From: a bacterium
Lineage (GTDB): Bacteria; Patescibacteriota; Minisyncoccia; UBA6257; GWB1-50-10
Length of the DNA: 64,000 bases
Direction: 5' to 3'
Assembly (NCBI GenBank): GCA_021814165.1
Contig: JAKAIX010000001.1
Span: 150,787-214,786, forward strand
Below the pieces are notes generated by a model. It did no database searches, was not told the DNA's origin, and saw only the letters and a list, made by a program, of their open reading frames with translations. Positions 39,714 to 47,411 of the stretch are shown here, piece after piece (within the stretch, counting starts at the first letter, position 1; every line of letters starts with the position of its first letter). A program made the position numbers and the translations under genes.

Positions 39714-39749
39714 GCCTCAAAATACGCTCATATGCGCGTATTTTGAGGC
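39714..39749. repeat. Near-perfect palindrome related to 4216-4255
   Basis: GCCTCAAAATACGCTCATATGCGCGTATTTTGAGGC. Confidence 0.8.
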
Positions 39750-39774
39750 TGTCATCTTCTTCTTTTAGGGCGCG

Positions 39775-40686
39775 TCAAAACGTATACGCCTTTTCGATCC
39801 ACTCAAGCATGCCATTCGTTTCCTTCACGCGATCCGGACTCCCGAGAATAATGATCGCGATCTGTCTGTTTCTGAAAGAGAGCACCGCGGCGAAGTTTTC
39901 TTTCGCCAAGGGCGACGTACCCGTCTTTCCGCCAAGGAAATCGGCGCGGGTCGCGAGGAGATCGACGTTCGGCACGACATGGCTTCTTTCCGAATTCGTC
40001 GGTTGCACGAGAAGCGAGGTAAGCCGCGTCCATCGTAAAATGTCGGGATCCTTTGCGATGATGTATTTAAGAAGCATCAGCATGTCACGCGCCGTAGTCG
40101 TATTCGTGTCATTAAGTCCGGAAGAATCGTGGATGAAAGTTTCCGTCATGCCTATCTCTTTCTCTTTTTTATTCACCAGATCCAAGAAAGCGTCTTTTCC
40201 TACATATTCTTCAAGCGCTGCCGCCGCATCGTTCGAAGAGGCCATGAGCATGATTTTCAAAAGATCTTCGACGGTGTACACCTCACCGGCATGCAATCCC
40301 CCCGCAGTACCTTCCGTATCCACTGCGGCATTGGAAACGACTACTTTCTGATTCAATCCTCCGCGCTCCGTAATAAGAACGGCGGTCATGAGTTTCGTAA
40401 GCGAAGCCATTGGCCACGCGGTATCGGAGTTATAGCGAAAAAATGGAAAATTATCGTCCAAAGATTGCACGATGACAGCGCGCGCGTTTATTGCCGGGTC
40501 GGGAACGTCCCAATTACGCACCGGCACTTTTTCCGCTTTCGGAGGAATAGGAGTCGATCCCGTCGAAGTCGCAACGTTCATAATATTCGTTTCTCCCTCC
40601 GTCCTCCAAAAATTCAGGAGCGGGAGCTTCGAGAGCCCCACTGAGACAAGAATGATAGCAATGAGAAGTATGACCTGCCAACGCAT
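39775..40686 (-). CDS. D-alanyl-D-alanine carboxypeptidase (S11)
   Basis: SLTK (SxxK), SSN (SxN) and KTG motifs; signal/TM segment. Confidence 0.9.
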   Translation of the reverse strand: MRWQVILLIAIILVSVGLSKLPLLNFWRTEGETNIMNVATSTGSTPIPPKAEKVPVRNWDVPDPAINARAVIVQSLDDNFPFFRYNSDTAWPMASLTKLMTAVLITERGGLNQKVVVSNAAVDTEGTAGGLHAGEVYTVEDLLKIMLMASSNDAAAALEEYVGKDAFLDLVNKKEKEIGMTETFIHDSSGLNDTNTTTARDMLMLLKYIIAKDPDILRWTRLTSLLVQPTNSERSHVVPNVDLLATRADFLGGKTGTSPLAKENFAAVLSFRNRQIAIIILGSPDRVKETNGMLEWIEKAYTF

Positions 40687-40692
40687 GAACGT

Positions 40693-41310
40693 TTACTCGG
40701 TTAAGGGAGATTCTGCGGAAGGCTGCTCCTGCGTCGTTTCGGATTCCTCTTGGGCGGCGGCGGTGACGCCGAACTCTTCGAGGATGCGGCGATAACGATC
40801 GTATTCCGGCAGCGCCCCCGGCGATTCAATCCCCATGTGACGCAGGAAATCGAAACTCGCGGAGTACTCGAAGACATTCTTTTTCCGCTCGTGCGGCGCG
40901 CGCGTCACGAGTCCGCGCATGAGCAAACTTCGGAGGATAAAACTCGAATTCACGCCGCGGATGAAGTCGATCGTCGACCTCGTAACCGGCCCGAGGTACG
41001 CGATGATGGAAAGCGTTTCGACGGCCGCAGGCGTAAGTTCCTCCTTGAACTCTTCTTGCGCCAGCGCCTCCCCGAATTTGTGAAATGGGGGCTTCGTGCC
41101 GAGTTGAAATACGTTCCCGTTCCGGAGCAAAAGCAATCCGCGGCGCTCATCCCTTCCCAGCACTTCTCCAAATTCTATGAGGAGTTCCTCCGCTGATTTT
41201 TCATCCATCCCCAAAAATTTTGCAACCCGTTTAAGCTCCATCGGTTCGCCGTAGTAGAAAAGAAGCGCCTCAAGCGCCGCATATTTTGCTTCATAACGTA
41301 ATGTCTCCAT
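40693..41310 (-). CDS. scpB: SMC-Scp complex subunit ScpB
   Basis: LEALLF, ETLSIIAY.GPVTR..I..IRGVNS and FLRHMG. Confidence 0.92.
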   Translation of the reverse strand: METLRYEAKYAALEALLFYYGEPMELKRVAKFLGMDEKSAEELLIEFGEVLGRDERRGLLLLRNGNVFQLGTKPPFHKFGEALAQEEFKEELTPAAVETLSIIAYLGPVTRSTIDFIRGVNSSFILRSLLMRGLVTRAPHERKKNVFEYSASFDFLRHMGIESPGALPEYDRYRRILEEFGVTAAAQEESETTQEQPSAESPLTE

Positions 41311-41380
41311 AATAATGCCTATTGTACCTCCTCCTTGCGTCTACTTCAAAATCCTTCCGACCAGCCTGAAAATATTTCTC

Positions 41381-41463
41381 GAGGATTTTGCAAGATGGAA
41401 AAAGTGGGTAAGACTTGGCCAAGCGGCCCGGAGCGCACACTTCTTCTGTCTTGCAAAATCCTC
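41381..41463 (-). repeat. Stem-loop element with conserved core (sibling of 4842-4929)
   Basis: 15-bp IR GAGGATTTTGCAAGA; minus-strand core GCGCTCCGGGCCGCTTGGCCAAGTCTTACCC. Confidence 0.85.
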
Positions 41464-42187
41464 ATATTGAAGTCTGGTCCTTTTTCTTCCTTGCGATAAA
41501 GATATCCGAAAAATGACTACCCTGCTCCACCATGACAAGCTGTTCCTTCACGAGATGCAAAACCGCGAGAAAGAGCACGACAAGCTCGCTCCGTCCGCTT
41601 GATCCGCTCCCGAAACTCTTGAAATTCACCGGATGTTCCGTAAGACGCGCAAAAATTTCCTCGATCTTCTGCTTCAGATGGATAATCTCGTTCTTGACCC
41701 GCACGACAGGGCGCATGAAACGCTCGAGTTCTCCCACGACGCGCCGAACGGCGCTTACGAGATGCTCTTCCGAAAATTTTTTCGGCGGATAAAAAATGGG
41801 CGTGCGTTCCATAAGGAATGCGCGCGAAAAAATAGTCGGCACCGGATGCCATCCCGCCTTGATATATTCTCTCGTCTTTTTGAGTTCCTGATACAGTTTG
41901 AGACGCGTTTCAAGATTTTTTATATCGCTCTCCTCTTCCTCGGTAAGTTCGAGAGAAGGAAGAAGCGTTTTCGATTTAATGAGAAGGAGTTTTGAGGCGA
42001 CCACCAGAAAATCGGCCACAAGAGAGTGATTCGCGCCCGCGGCCTCGAGACGATGGAGATAATCAAAAAAGCCGCCCGTGACCTCGGCGAGACTCACGGT
42101 CGTAATCTCCAGTTTTTTCTCCTCGATGAGTTCAAGAAGCTTTTCGAGAGGCCCCTGGAACCCGGTCAGTTCAAGCTTATATGCCAC
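41462..42187 (-). CDS. scpA: Segregation and condensation protein A
   Basis: FQGPLEKLLELI, FLVVASKLLLIKS and FLAVLHL; GTG start. Confidence 0.92.
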   Translation of the reverse strand: MAYKLELTGFQGPLEKLLELIEEKKLEITTVSLAEVTGGFFDYLHRLEAAGANHSLVADFLVVASKLLLIKSKTLLPSLELTEEEESDIKNLETRLKLYQELKKTREYIKAGWHPVPTIFSRAFLMERTPIFYPPKKFSEEHLVSAVRRVVGELERFMRPVVRVKNEIIHLKQKIEEIFARLTEHPVNFKSFGSGSSGRSELVVLFLAVLHLVKEQLVMVEQGSHFSDIFIARKKKDQTSI

Positions 42188-42209
42188 ATCACTATGATAT
42201 AATGAAACC

Positions 42210-42575
42210 ATGATGAAAGGAACAACAAAACTCACCCCCGCGTTCGTGCTCCGCATCGGGCTCGGACTCACGCTCATTTACGCCGGTGCACACATTTTAG
42301 GAGACACGGTAACCTGGGCGGGATTTATTCCTCCGTGGCTCTACAAACTCATGAATCCGTCGCTCTTCCTCACAATCCACGGAATCGGCGAACTGCTTTT
42401 GGGAGTTCTTCTTCTTGCGGGGATTTTCCTTCCCGCGGCTTCCATCCTGACTTTCCTCGATATGCTCTCGATCATGATATTCTACGGCGTGGACGATATT
42501 TCTTTCCGCGACTTCGGCCTCATGATGGCGGCACTCGCGCTCTTTCTCCTCGTGAGAAAGAAGGAAACAGAGTAA
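42210..42575 (+). CDS. DoxX-family membrane protein
   Basis: LRIGLG...ELLLG...RDFGL. Confidence 0.8.
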   Translation: MMKGTTKLTPAFVLRIGLGLTLIYAGAHILGDTVTWAGFIPPWLYKLMNPSLFLTIHGIGELLLGVLLLAGIFLPAASILTFLDMLSIMIFYGVDDISFRDFGLMMAALALFLLVRKKETE

Positions 42576-43001
42576 ATTTCTTTCCCCCTCCGTCAGCCAA
42601 CGTTCCGCTCGAATGTCTTCTCCTCACTCACCATGCGGAAATTGAGGGTTCGCGCAACTCAACCTCCGTCCGCCAACTGGCGGACTTCGGGATTCGTACA
42701 GTGCGCGATTCCCTCATTTCCTTTATCTCGTTCGGGAAGACATCTGTCTCGCTTCACGATGCTTCCTTAGGGGGAAAGAGATTTACTCTAACCTGTGAAG
42801 TTGCAAAACAAGAGTCTCACCAGAAGAGTCTTATTCTCCCCGAGTGAGCATTGTCGTAAGATATCGAGAAACTTACGAGCGAGCCGCGTCGCCGAGACAG
42901 GACCCCCGCCGTAAGGCGAGTCGGGTGGCGAGGAGCGTGCGAGCGAGTAGAAGTTTTTATATCTGGAGGCCCATGCGAACGAGGGGAGAATAAGACTCTT
43001 C
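42569..43001. repeat. Composite long palindromic element, copy 2 (module B 42569-42789, module A 42823-43001)
   Basis: Module A has a perfect 19-bp IR GAAGAGTCTTATTCTCCCC; module B has a 21-bp IR with one G-U. Homologous to 28378-28786. Confidence 0.85.
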
Positions 43002-43004
43002 CTT

Positions 43005-44000
43005 CTATCCATGTCTCACTACAATCACATCGCCGTCCTGCATCACGTACTCCTTCCCCTCGAGACGGAGCCACCCTTTCTGTTTTGCGTGACTCCATCC
43101 GCCCGCTTCGAGTAACTTTTCCGTACTTATCACCTCCGCGCGGATGAATTTTTGCTCGAAGTCCGTGTGAATCACACCCGCCGCCTGCGGCGCCTTCGTG
43201 CCGCGTTCGATCGTCCATGCGCGCGTCTCGTCTTCTCCCGTGGTGAAAAAACTGATGAGATTCAAGATCGCATACGCTTTCTTGATAAGCTCCGGCACTG
43301 CGGATTCATCCTTCAGATCCGCGATGAGATATTCGAATCCCATCTCGGCTATTTTTCGTTTTACATCCTCGCTCACCTCCTCGGGTGATCCGTTCAAAAG
43401 AAAAAGCTGCGGCTTCGCGCTTAAGAGCTGAAGCTCGTGCACGATCGGTTCGTCTTTAAAACGCCCCGTAAGATTTCCCGCCTCGAGTTCCGCGCGGATT
43501 TGTTTCAAGACGCCCAGGTTTTTGATAGCCGTCTTGTCGTTTCCCCGCGCCTCCGCTTCGAGTTTTCCCATCCGCTTATCCACGGTTTCGATATCCTTGA
43601 AGATGAGTTCCATTTCAATAATGTCGATATCGCGGATCGGATCCACCGTCGATTCGACGTGGATGATATCACCTTGTCCGAAACAGCGAACGATATGCGC
43701 GACCGCCTGTACGTTTCTGATGTTTGCAAGAAACTGGTTTCCCAATCCCTCGCCCTTATTCGCACCCTTCACGAGCCCCGCAATGTCGTAGAATTCCACG
43801 ACCGCCGGGATTTCCTTCTTCGAGCTCGAAAGTTTCGAGAGTTTCTGCACCCGCTCATCGGGCACGGACACGACGCCCACATTCGGATCAATCGTCGCGA
43901 AGGGATAGTTTGCGATCGTAATCTCCTGCTTCGTAAGCAATTTGAAGAGCGTTGACTTCCCTACGTTCGGGAGTCCCACAATACCGATGGATAATTTCAT
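43005..44000 (-). CDS. ychF: Redox-regulated ATPase YchF
   Basis: GIVGLPNVGKST, NYPFATIDPN, DIAGLVKGA..GEGLGN and GKEYVMQDGD. Confidence 0.96.
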   Translation of the reverse strand: MKLSIGIVGLPNVGKSTLFKLLTKQEITIANYPFATIDPNVGVVSVPDERVQKLSKLSSSKKEIPAVVEFYDIAGLVKGANKGEGLGNQFLANIRNVQAVAHIVRCFGQGDIIHVESTVDPIRDIDIIEMELIFKDIETVDKRMGKLEAEARGNDKTAIKNLGVLKQIRAELEAGNLTGRFKDEPIVHELQLLSAKPQLFLLNGSPEEVSEDVKRKIAEMGFEYLIADLKDESAVPELIKKAYAILNLISFFTTGEDETRAWTIERGTKAPQAAGVIHTDFEQKFIRAEVISTEKLLEAGGWSHAKQKGWLRLEGKEYVMQDGDVIVVRHG

Positions 44001-44063
44001 TCCAAATATTATATTCCTCAAGCGATGGAGATTCCATACGCACACGCATCTTGTTTCCGTGAG

Positions 44064-44092
44064 TTGACCAAAACTAGTTTTAATTGTAAAAT
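44064..44092 (+). promoter_or_regulatory. Sigma-70 promoter of a four-gene accessory operon
   Basis: TTGACC-17-TAAAAT. Confidence 0.65.
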
Positions 44093-44122
44093 CATCCCAG
44101 AATAATTTAAAGGAGAATATGA

Positions 44123-44368
44123 GTGAAAAAGAGAATCAAGAATATTCTTGGCCTCCTGAAGCACTTCTGGCCAGTGGTATTATTTCCTGCAGCAATGTGG
44201 GTTTTATCCCAAAAAACTCCGGATTGGCTTAAGATGGTAGCTTCTCTCGTAGCGGGAGGGTCGTTCGCCTATGCACTTATCATGGCCTCCCCAGGCTTTT
44301 TTCTTGACTCCGTACTAAAGGAGCTGGAAAAGGTGATTAAAAAAACAGACAAGGGAGGTGAAGAATAA
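44123..44368 (+). CDS. Small membrane protein
   Basis: AAGGAG SD; two hydrophobic segments. Confidence 0.65.
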   Translation: MKKRIKNILGLLKHFWPVVLFPAAMWVLSQKTPDWLKMVASLVAGGSFAYALIMASPGFFLDSVLKELEKVIKKTDKGGEE

Positions 44369-44369
44369 A

Positions 44370-44627
44370 ATGGAAGCAATCATTATTTTGACCACACAAA
44401 TCGTCGTGGGAGCGATGATCACTCACCTTTTTTATATGGAGAAGGTGATGCATACCCACAAAGAAAGTTTTTCCTTCTACCCATCCGAAGCGTTCATGGG
44501 ATGGGCTTGCACACTTATGACGCTCCTTTGGGAGGTATTCCTTCCAATTGAGCTTTTGACAGGTTTCAGAATTTGGAAGAAAGGAGGATTGAATTGGCGA
44601 CATTGGTCTGCATCGGAAATGGGCTAA
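44370..44627 (+). CDS. Small membrane protein
   Basis: GGAGGT SD; two hydrophobic segments. Confidence 0.6.
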   Translation: MEAIIILTTQIVVGAMITHLFYMEKVMHTHKESFSFYPSEAFMGWACTLMTLLWEVFLPIELLTGFRIWKKGGLNWRHWSASEMG

Positions 44628-45208
44628 GGAGCGGCAAAGATCCAAAAACCAGTAACATGAGTGCCGCGATTATCCACGAGGTATTCAAGTACTGGAACAC
44701 AATCTCTAACGTAAGAGGAATAGTTCTCTGCGGAGGATATAAAAACGCGGAAGGAGTAACAGAGGCGGAATCTATGCTCCATGACTTAATAAGAAACTAT
44801 CCTGACTTGTATTTATATCCATCCTTTAGAGAATCGCTTCTTATAGAGAAGAATTCGTACCGCACGCATAACAACGCTCTGGAGGCGATGAAAGTGATCT
44901 ACGGCAAAGTACTTTTGGACGATTTCAAGATCGTCGTCATTGACCATCCCAGACACCTCACCAGAACCCTTCTTTGCTTTCAGACAGTGAATCGTCTGTG
45001 GTACGGGGGCAGATACAAGATAAAAGGCCTGGCGGCACTGGAGGTCTATGACAAGGATATCCCGAACCAACCGTACTGGGCATCGCGGGAAACGTGGACT
45101 TCGCGGGAGAAAAAAACACTGTTACTGTACAAACTTTTGTTGTTCCGTCCGTGGGCACGTCTTGGGCTGTGGATACTGAGGACCGTCTGGCCTTCAGAAA
45201 AACAATAG
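44594..45208 (+). CDS. DUF218/YdcF/ElyC-like protein
   Basis: IVLCGG, TEAESM, EKNSYRTHNNA and HPRHLTR; TTG start after AAGGAGG. Confidence 0.75.
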   Translation: MATLVCIGNGLRSGKDPKTSNMSAAIIHEVFKYWNTISNVRGIVLCGGYKNAEGVTEAESMLHDLIRNYPDLYLYPSFRESLLIEKNSYRTHNNALEAMKVIYGKVLLDDFKIVVIDHPRHLTRTLLCFQTVNRLWYGGRYKIKGLAALEVYDKDIPNQPYWASRETWTSREKKTLLLYKLLLFRPWARLGLWILRTVWPSEKQ

Positions 45209-45218
45209 GAGGTGAACA

Positions 45219-45458
45219 ATGATTATCTATTATATTCTCGGGGTTCTCCTTATTATCACTGTTTCATACCCTAAAATTGGGAGGAGGATTGCGGAGAGAT
45301 GGTATCTACCAGGAATCCAAACCATCGCTATTGATTCAATGATCGATCTCGGAGAAAAAGACCTCAATGATATCGGGAAAATGATGATATGGTGGTGGCC
45401 GGTTCTTGTTCCAATAGAAGTATTTTCTGATTTTGTTCTCTTCAGATTTTGTTATTAA
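45219..45458 (+). CDS. Small membrane protein
   Basis: GGAGGT SD; two TM segments; terminator hairpin at ~45464-45491. Confidence 0.6.
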   Translation: MIIYYILGVLLIITVSYPKIGRRIAERWYLPGIQTIAIDSMIDLGEKDLNDIGKMMIWWWPVLVPIEVFSDFVLFRFCY

Positions 45459-45565
45459 AAGTAAGAGCGTCGTTTCGAAAGATCGACGCTCTGAATATTT
45501 TTAAAACGTTTATAACGCTTTGGTAAAGCAACCCCATTAAGATTATTACTCTACCAATGTCACGG

Positions 45566-46117
45566 TTACTCATCACTTACTAAAACAAACCTTAATTTTC
45601 TCTTTTTCCAGTACTCCCCTGCATATTCGATGCCGATACGCGGAGATTTTTTGATCTTCGATTTTCTTGTCTTTATCCCTCTGTCTTCGATCCAAAGTCC
45701 GGAAGACCTTGCGACCGGTTTTCCATATAATTTCCCATCAATATGAAAATATTTCGTGACGCGTCCGGGACCCTCCACGTTTTCGGTGCTACGGATCAGA
45801 ATTGCGGCAGGGTATCCTTTCTCGCGCGTCGTCACGTTCACGAGCCAGTGCATCCCGTAGGTAAAATACGGATACCAAATCCCCGGATGCCCGAACATCA
45901 CCTTGTTCCGCGGCGTCACTCCGCGCGAGGCATGCGATCCCTTGTCATGAGGGCCATCATACACTTCGACTTCCATGATCATCCCGGAGACCTCTCTTGC
46001 CTGCCCCGAGCCGCGTCGAGGGGCCGCGATACGCCGCACGAGATATTTCCCCAGAAGTTCCTCCGCTACAATTCCCGTATCCCGATTGAAAAACTTTTGA
46101 TTTAGAACTCTGCGCAT
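45566..46117 (-). CDS. mpg: DNA-3-methyladenine glycosylase (MPG/AAG family)
   Basis: VAEELLGK, EVEVYDG..D..SH, YGMHW, AILIR, GPG and PRIGI motifs. Confidence 0.92.
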   Translation of the reverse strand: MRRVLNQKFFNRDTGIVAEELLGKYLVRRIAAPRRGSGQAREVSGMIMEVEVYDGPHDKGSHASRGVTPRNKVMFGHPGIWYPYFTYGMHWLVNVTTREKGYPAAILIRSTENVEGPGRVTKYFHIDGKLYGKPVARSSGLWIEDRGIKTRKSKIKKSPRIGIEYAGEYWKKRKLRFVLVSDE

Positions 46118-46179
46118 AATTTCAAAATCTGGAGGCCCGGCCTCCGCGAGCAGGAGGCCGGGCCTCTTCGCATTAACCG

Positions 46180-46253
46180 TTAAAGCAATCTCTTTATCTC
46201 CTGAAGCACCGATTCAGGCACCGGATCTCTTCGGGGAGCTTTTGCTGGATATC
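46180..46253 (-). pseudogene. Orphan copy of the C-terminal 23 codons of the upstream gene
   Basis: Translates YPAKAPRRDPVPESVLQEIKRLL*, compared with YPGKAPVRDPIPQEVLVELKKII* in the gene. Confidence 0.8.
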
Positions 46254-46371
46254 ACCTGTCGCTGACGCTCCTTGAAACCCAGCGGTTTCAACAGCCTGCC
46301 TGCACAGGCAGGCTTCCGCCACAGGGAAACTCCCGTTTCCCCGACCCCTTTCCCGTGGAGATACCTAATCA

Positions 46372-46746
46372 TTAAATTATCTTTTTTAATTCGACAAGTA
46401 CCTCCTGTGGTATTGGGTCACGTACAGGGGCCTTTCCTGGGTATCTCCACACCGTAATGATCTTTATCGCTTTTTGCTTGTTCTGTCTCGTTTTGTTATT
46501 TTGCATTCGAAATTTGGAAATTGCTCGTGCCGCAGGCGCGAGTTTGTACATCACCCAGATTTCCGAATATCGCTTGGTGCCCGCGGGCTGCATCACGGCA
46601 ACCGTGCGCGGCGCAATCCCCTCCTCATAACGCGTGGGAAACCGGATGATTCGCTTCACGCGGCTCTCCGCAAGCCCGTAATACTTCATCTTCACGCGCG
46701 CGTGGATGGTCCAAATAAACTTTTCAGCCGAAGGAGAAGGAAACAT
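46372..46746 (-). CDS. Hypothetical protein (DUF4258/BrnT-like fold suspected)
   Basis: WTIHA..KM..YGL, EEGIAP, EIWVMY and IITVWRYPG. Confidence 0.7.
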   Translation of the reverse strand: MFPSPSAEKFIWTIHARVKMKYYGLAESRVKRIIRFPTRYEEGIAPRTVAVMQPAGTKRYSEIWVMYKLAPAARAISKFRMQNNKTRQNKQKAIKIITVWRYPGKAPVRDPIPQEVLVELKKII

Positions 46747-46751
46747 AGAAC

Positions 46752-46850
46752 GAGAATTTCCAATTTTCAATGACCAATGATCAATCAATTTTAGAACTAC
46801 AAAATTTTAAAATTGTGAAATTAACTGGAAATTGATAATTGAAAATTTAG
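46752..46850. repeat. Inverted degenerate heptamer array
   Basis: AATTTCC AATTTTC AATGACC AATGATC ... GGAAATT GATAATT GAAAATT. Confidence 0.65.
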
Positions 46851-46853
46851 TAT

Positions 46854-47411
46854 CTACTTCCTTCCATATTTTCCCATCAGTACCGTCTCCTCAAGCACGT
46901 GCCCTTTGATTGCCGCCTCAAGTTCCGCTTTCGAGGCGCCCTGCGGCAGATCGAGCGTCACATCAAGCGCATAGAGTTTGAACATGTAACGATGTGCCGG
47001 ATTCCCCCGCGGCGGACAAGGACCCCCGTAATGTTCTTTCCCGAAGCTGTTTTTTCCTTCGGTCGCGCCAAAAGGAATATTATCCTCCATTATGTACTGC
47101 GTTTTCGGATCGATGTTCCATATAATCCAGTGATCCCAGACGCCGCCGTTCGACGCGTCGGGATCATCCACGACGAGTGCAAATGACTTCGTCTCGTGCG
47201 GCGCATTCCTGATCTCGAGCATCGGGTTCACGTTGTCGCCGTCACACGTGAATTTCGCGGGAATCGGATCCCCGTCCCTGAATACGGAGCTTTTTAGATT
47301 GAGATTGCCCATGGTTATCGATCGGGACGGGACTTCGAAATACAAGCATGCTCCAGCCCCCAACGCTATTATAATAGCGGAAAAAATGATAATTCGCACG
47401 TTCCTTTTCAT
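46854..47411 (-). CDS. YbhB/YbcL (PEBP) family protein
   Basis: DDPDA, WDHW, YGGPCPP and HRY.F.LYALD motifs. Confidence 0.93.
   Translation of the reverse strand: MKRNVRIIIFSAIIIALGAGACLYFEVPSRSITMGNLNLKSSVFRDGDPIPAKFTCDGDNVNPMLEIRNAPHETKSFALVVDDPDASNGGVWDHWIIWNIDPKTQYIMEDNIPFGATEGKNSFGKEHYGGPCPPRGNPAHRYMFKLYALDVTLDLPQGASKAELEAAIKGHVLEETVLMGKYGRK

Noticed and set aside
46180-46445. DGR template/variable repeat pair
   Set aside because: Differences are mostly synonymous third-position changes, not adenine-specific, and there is no reverse transcriptase in the window.
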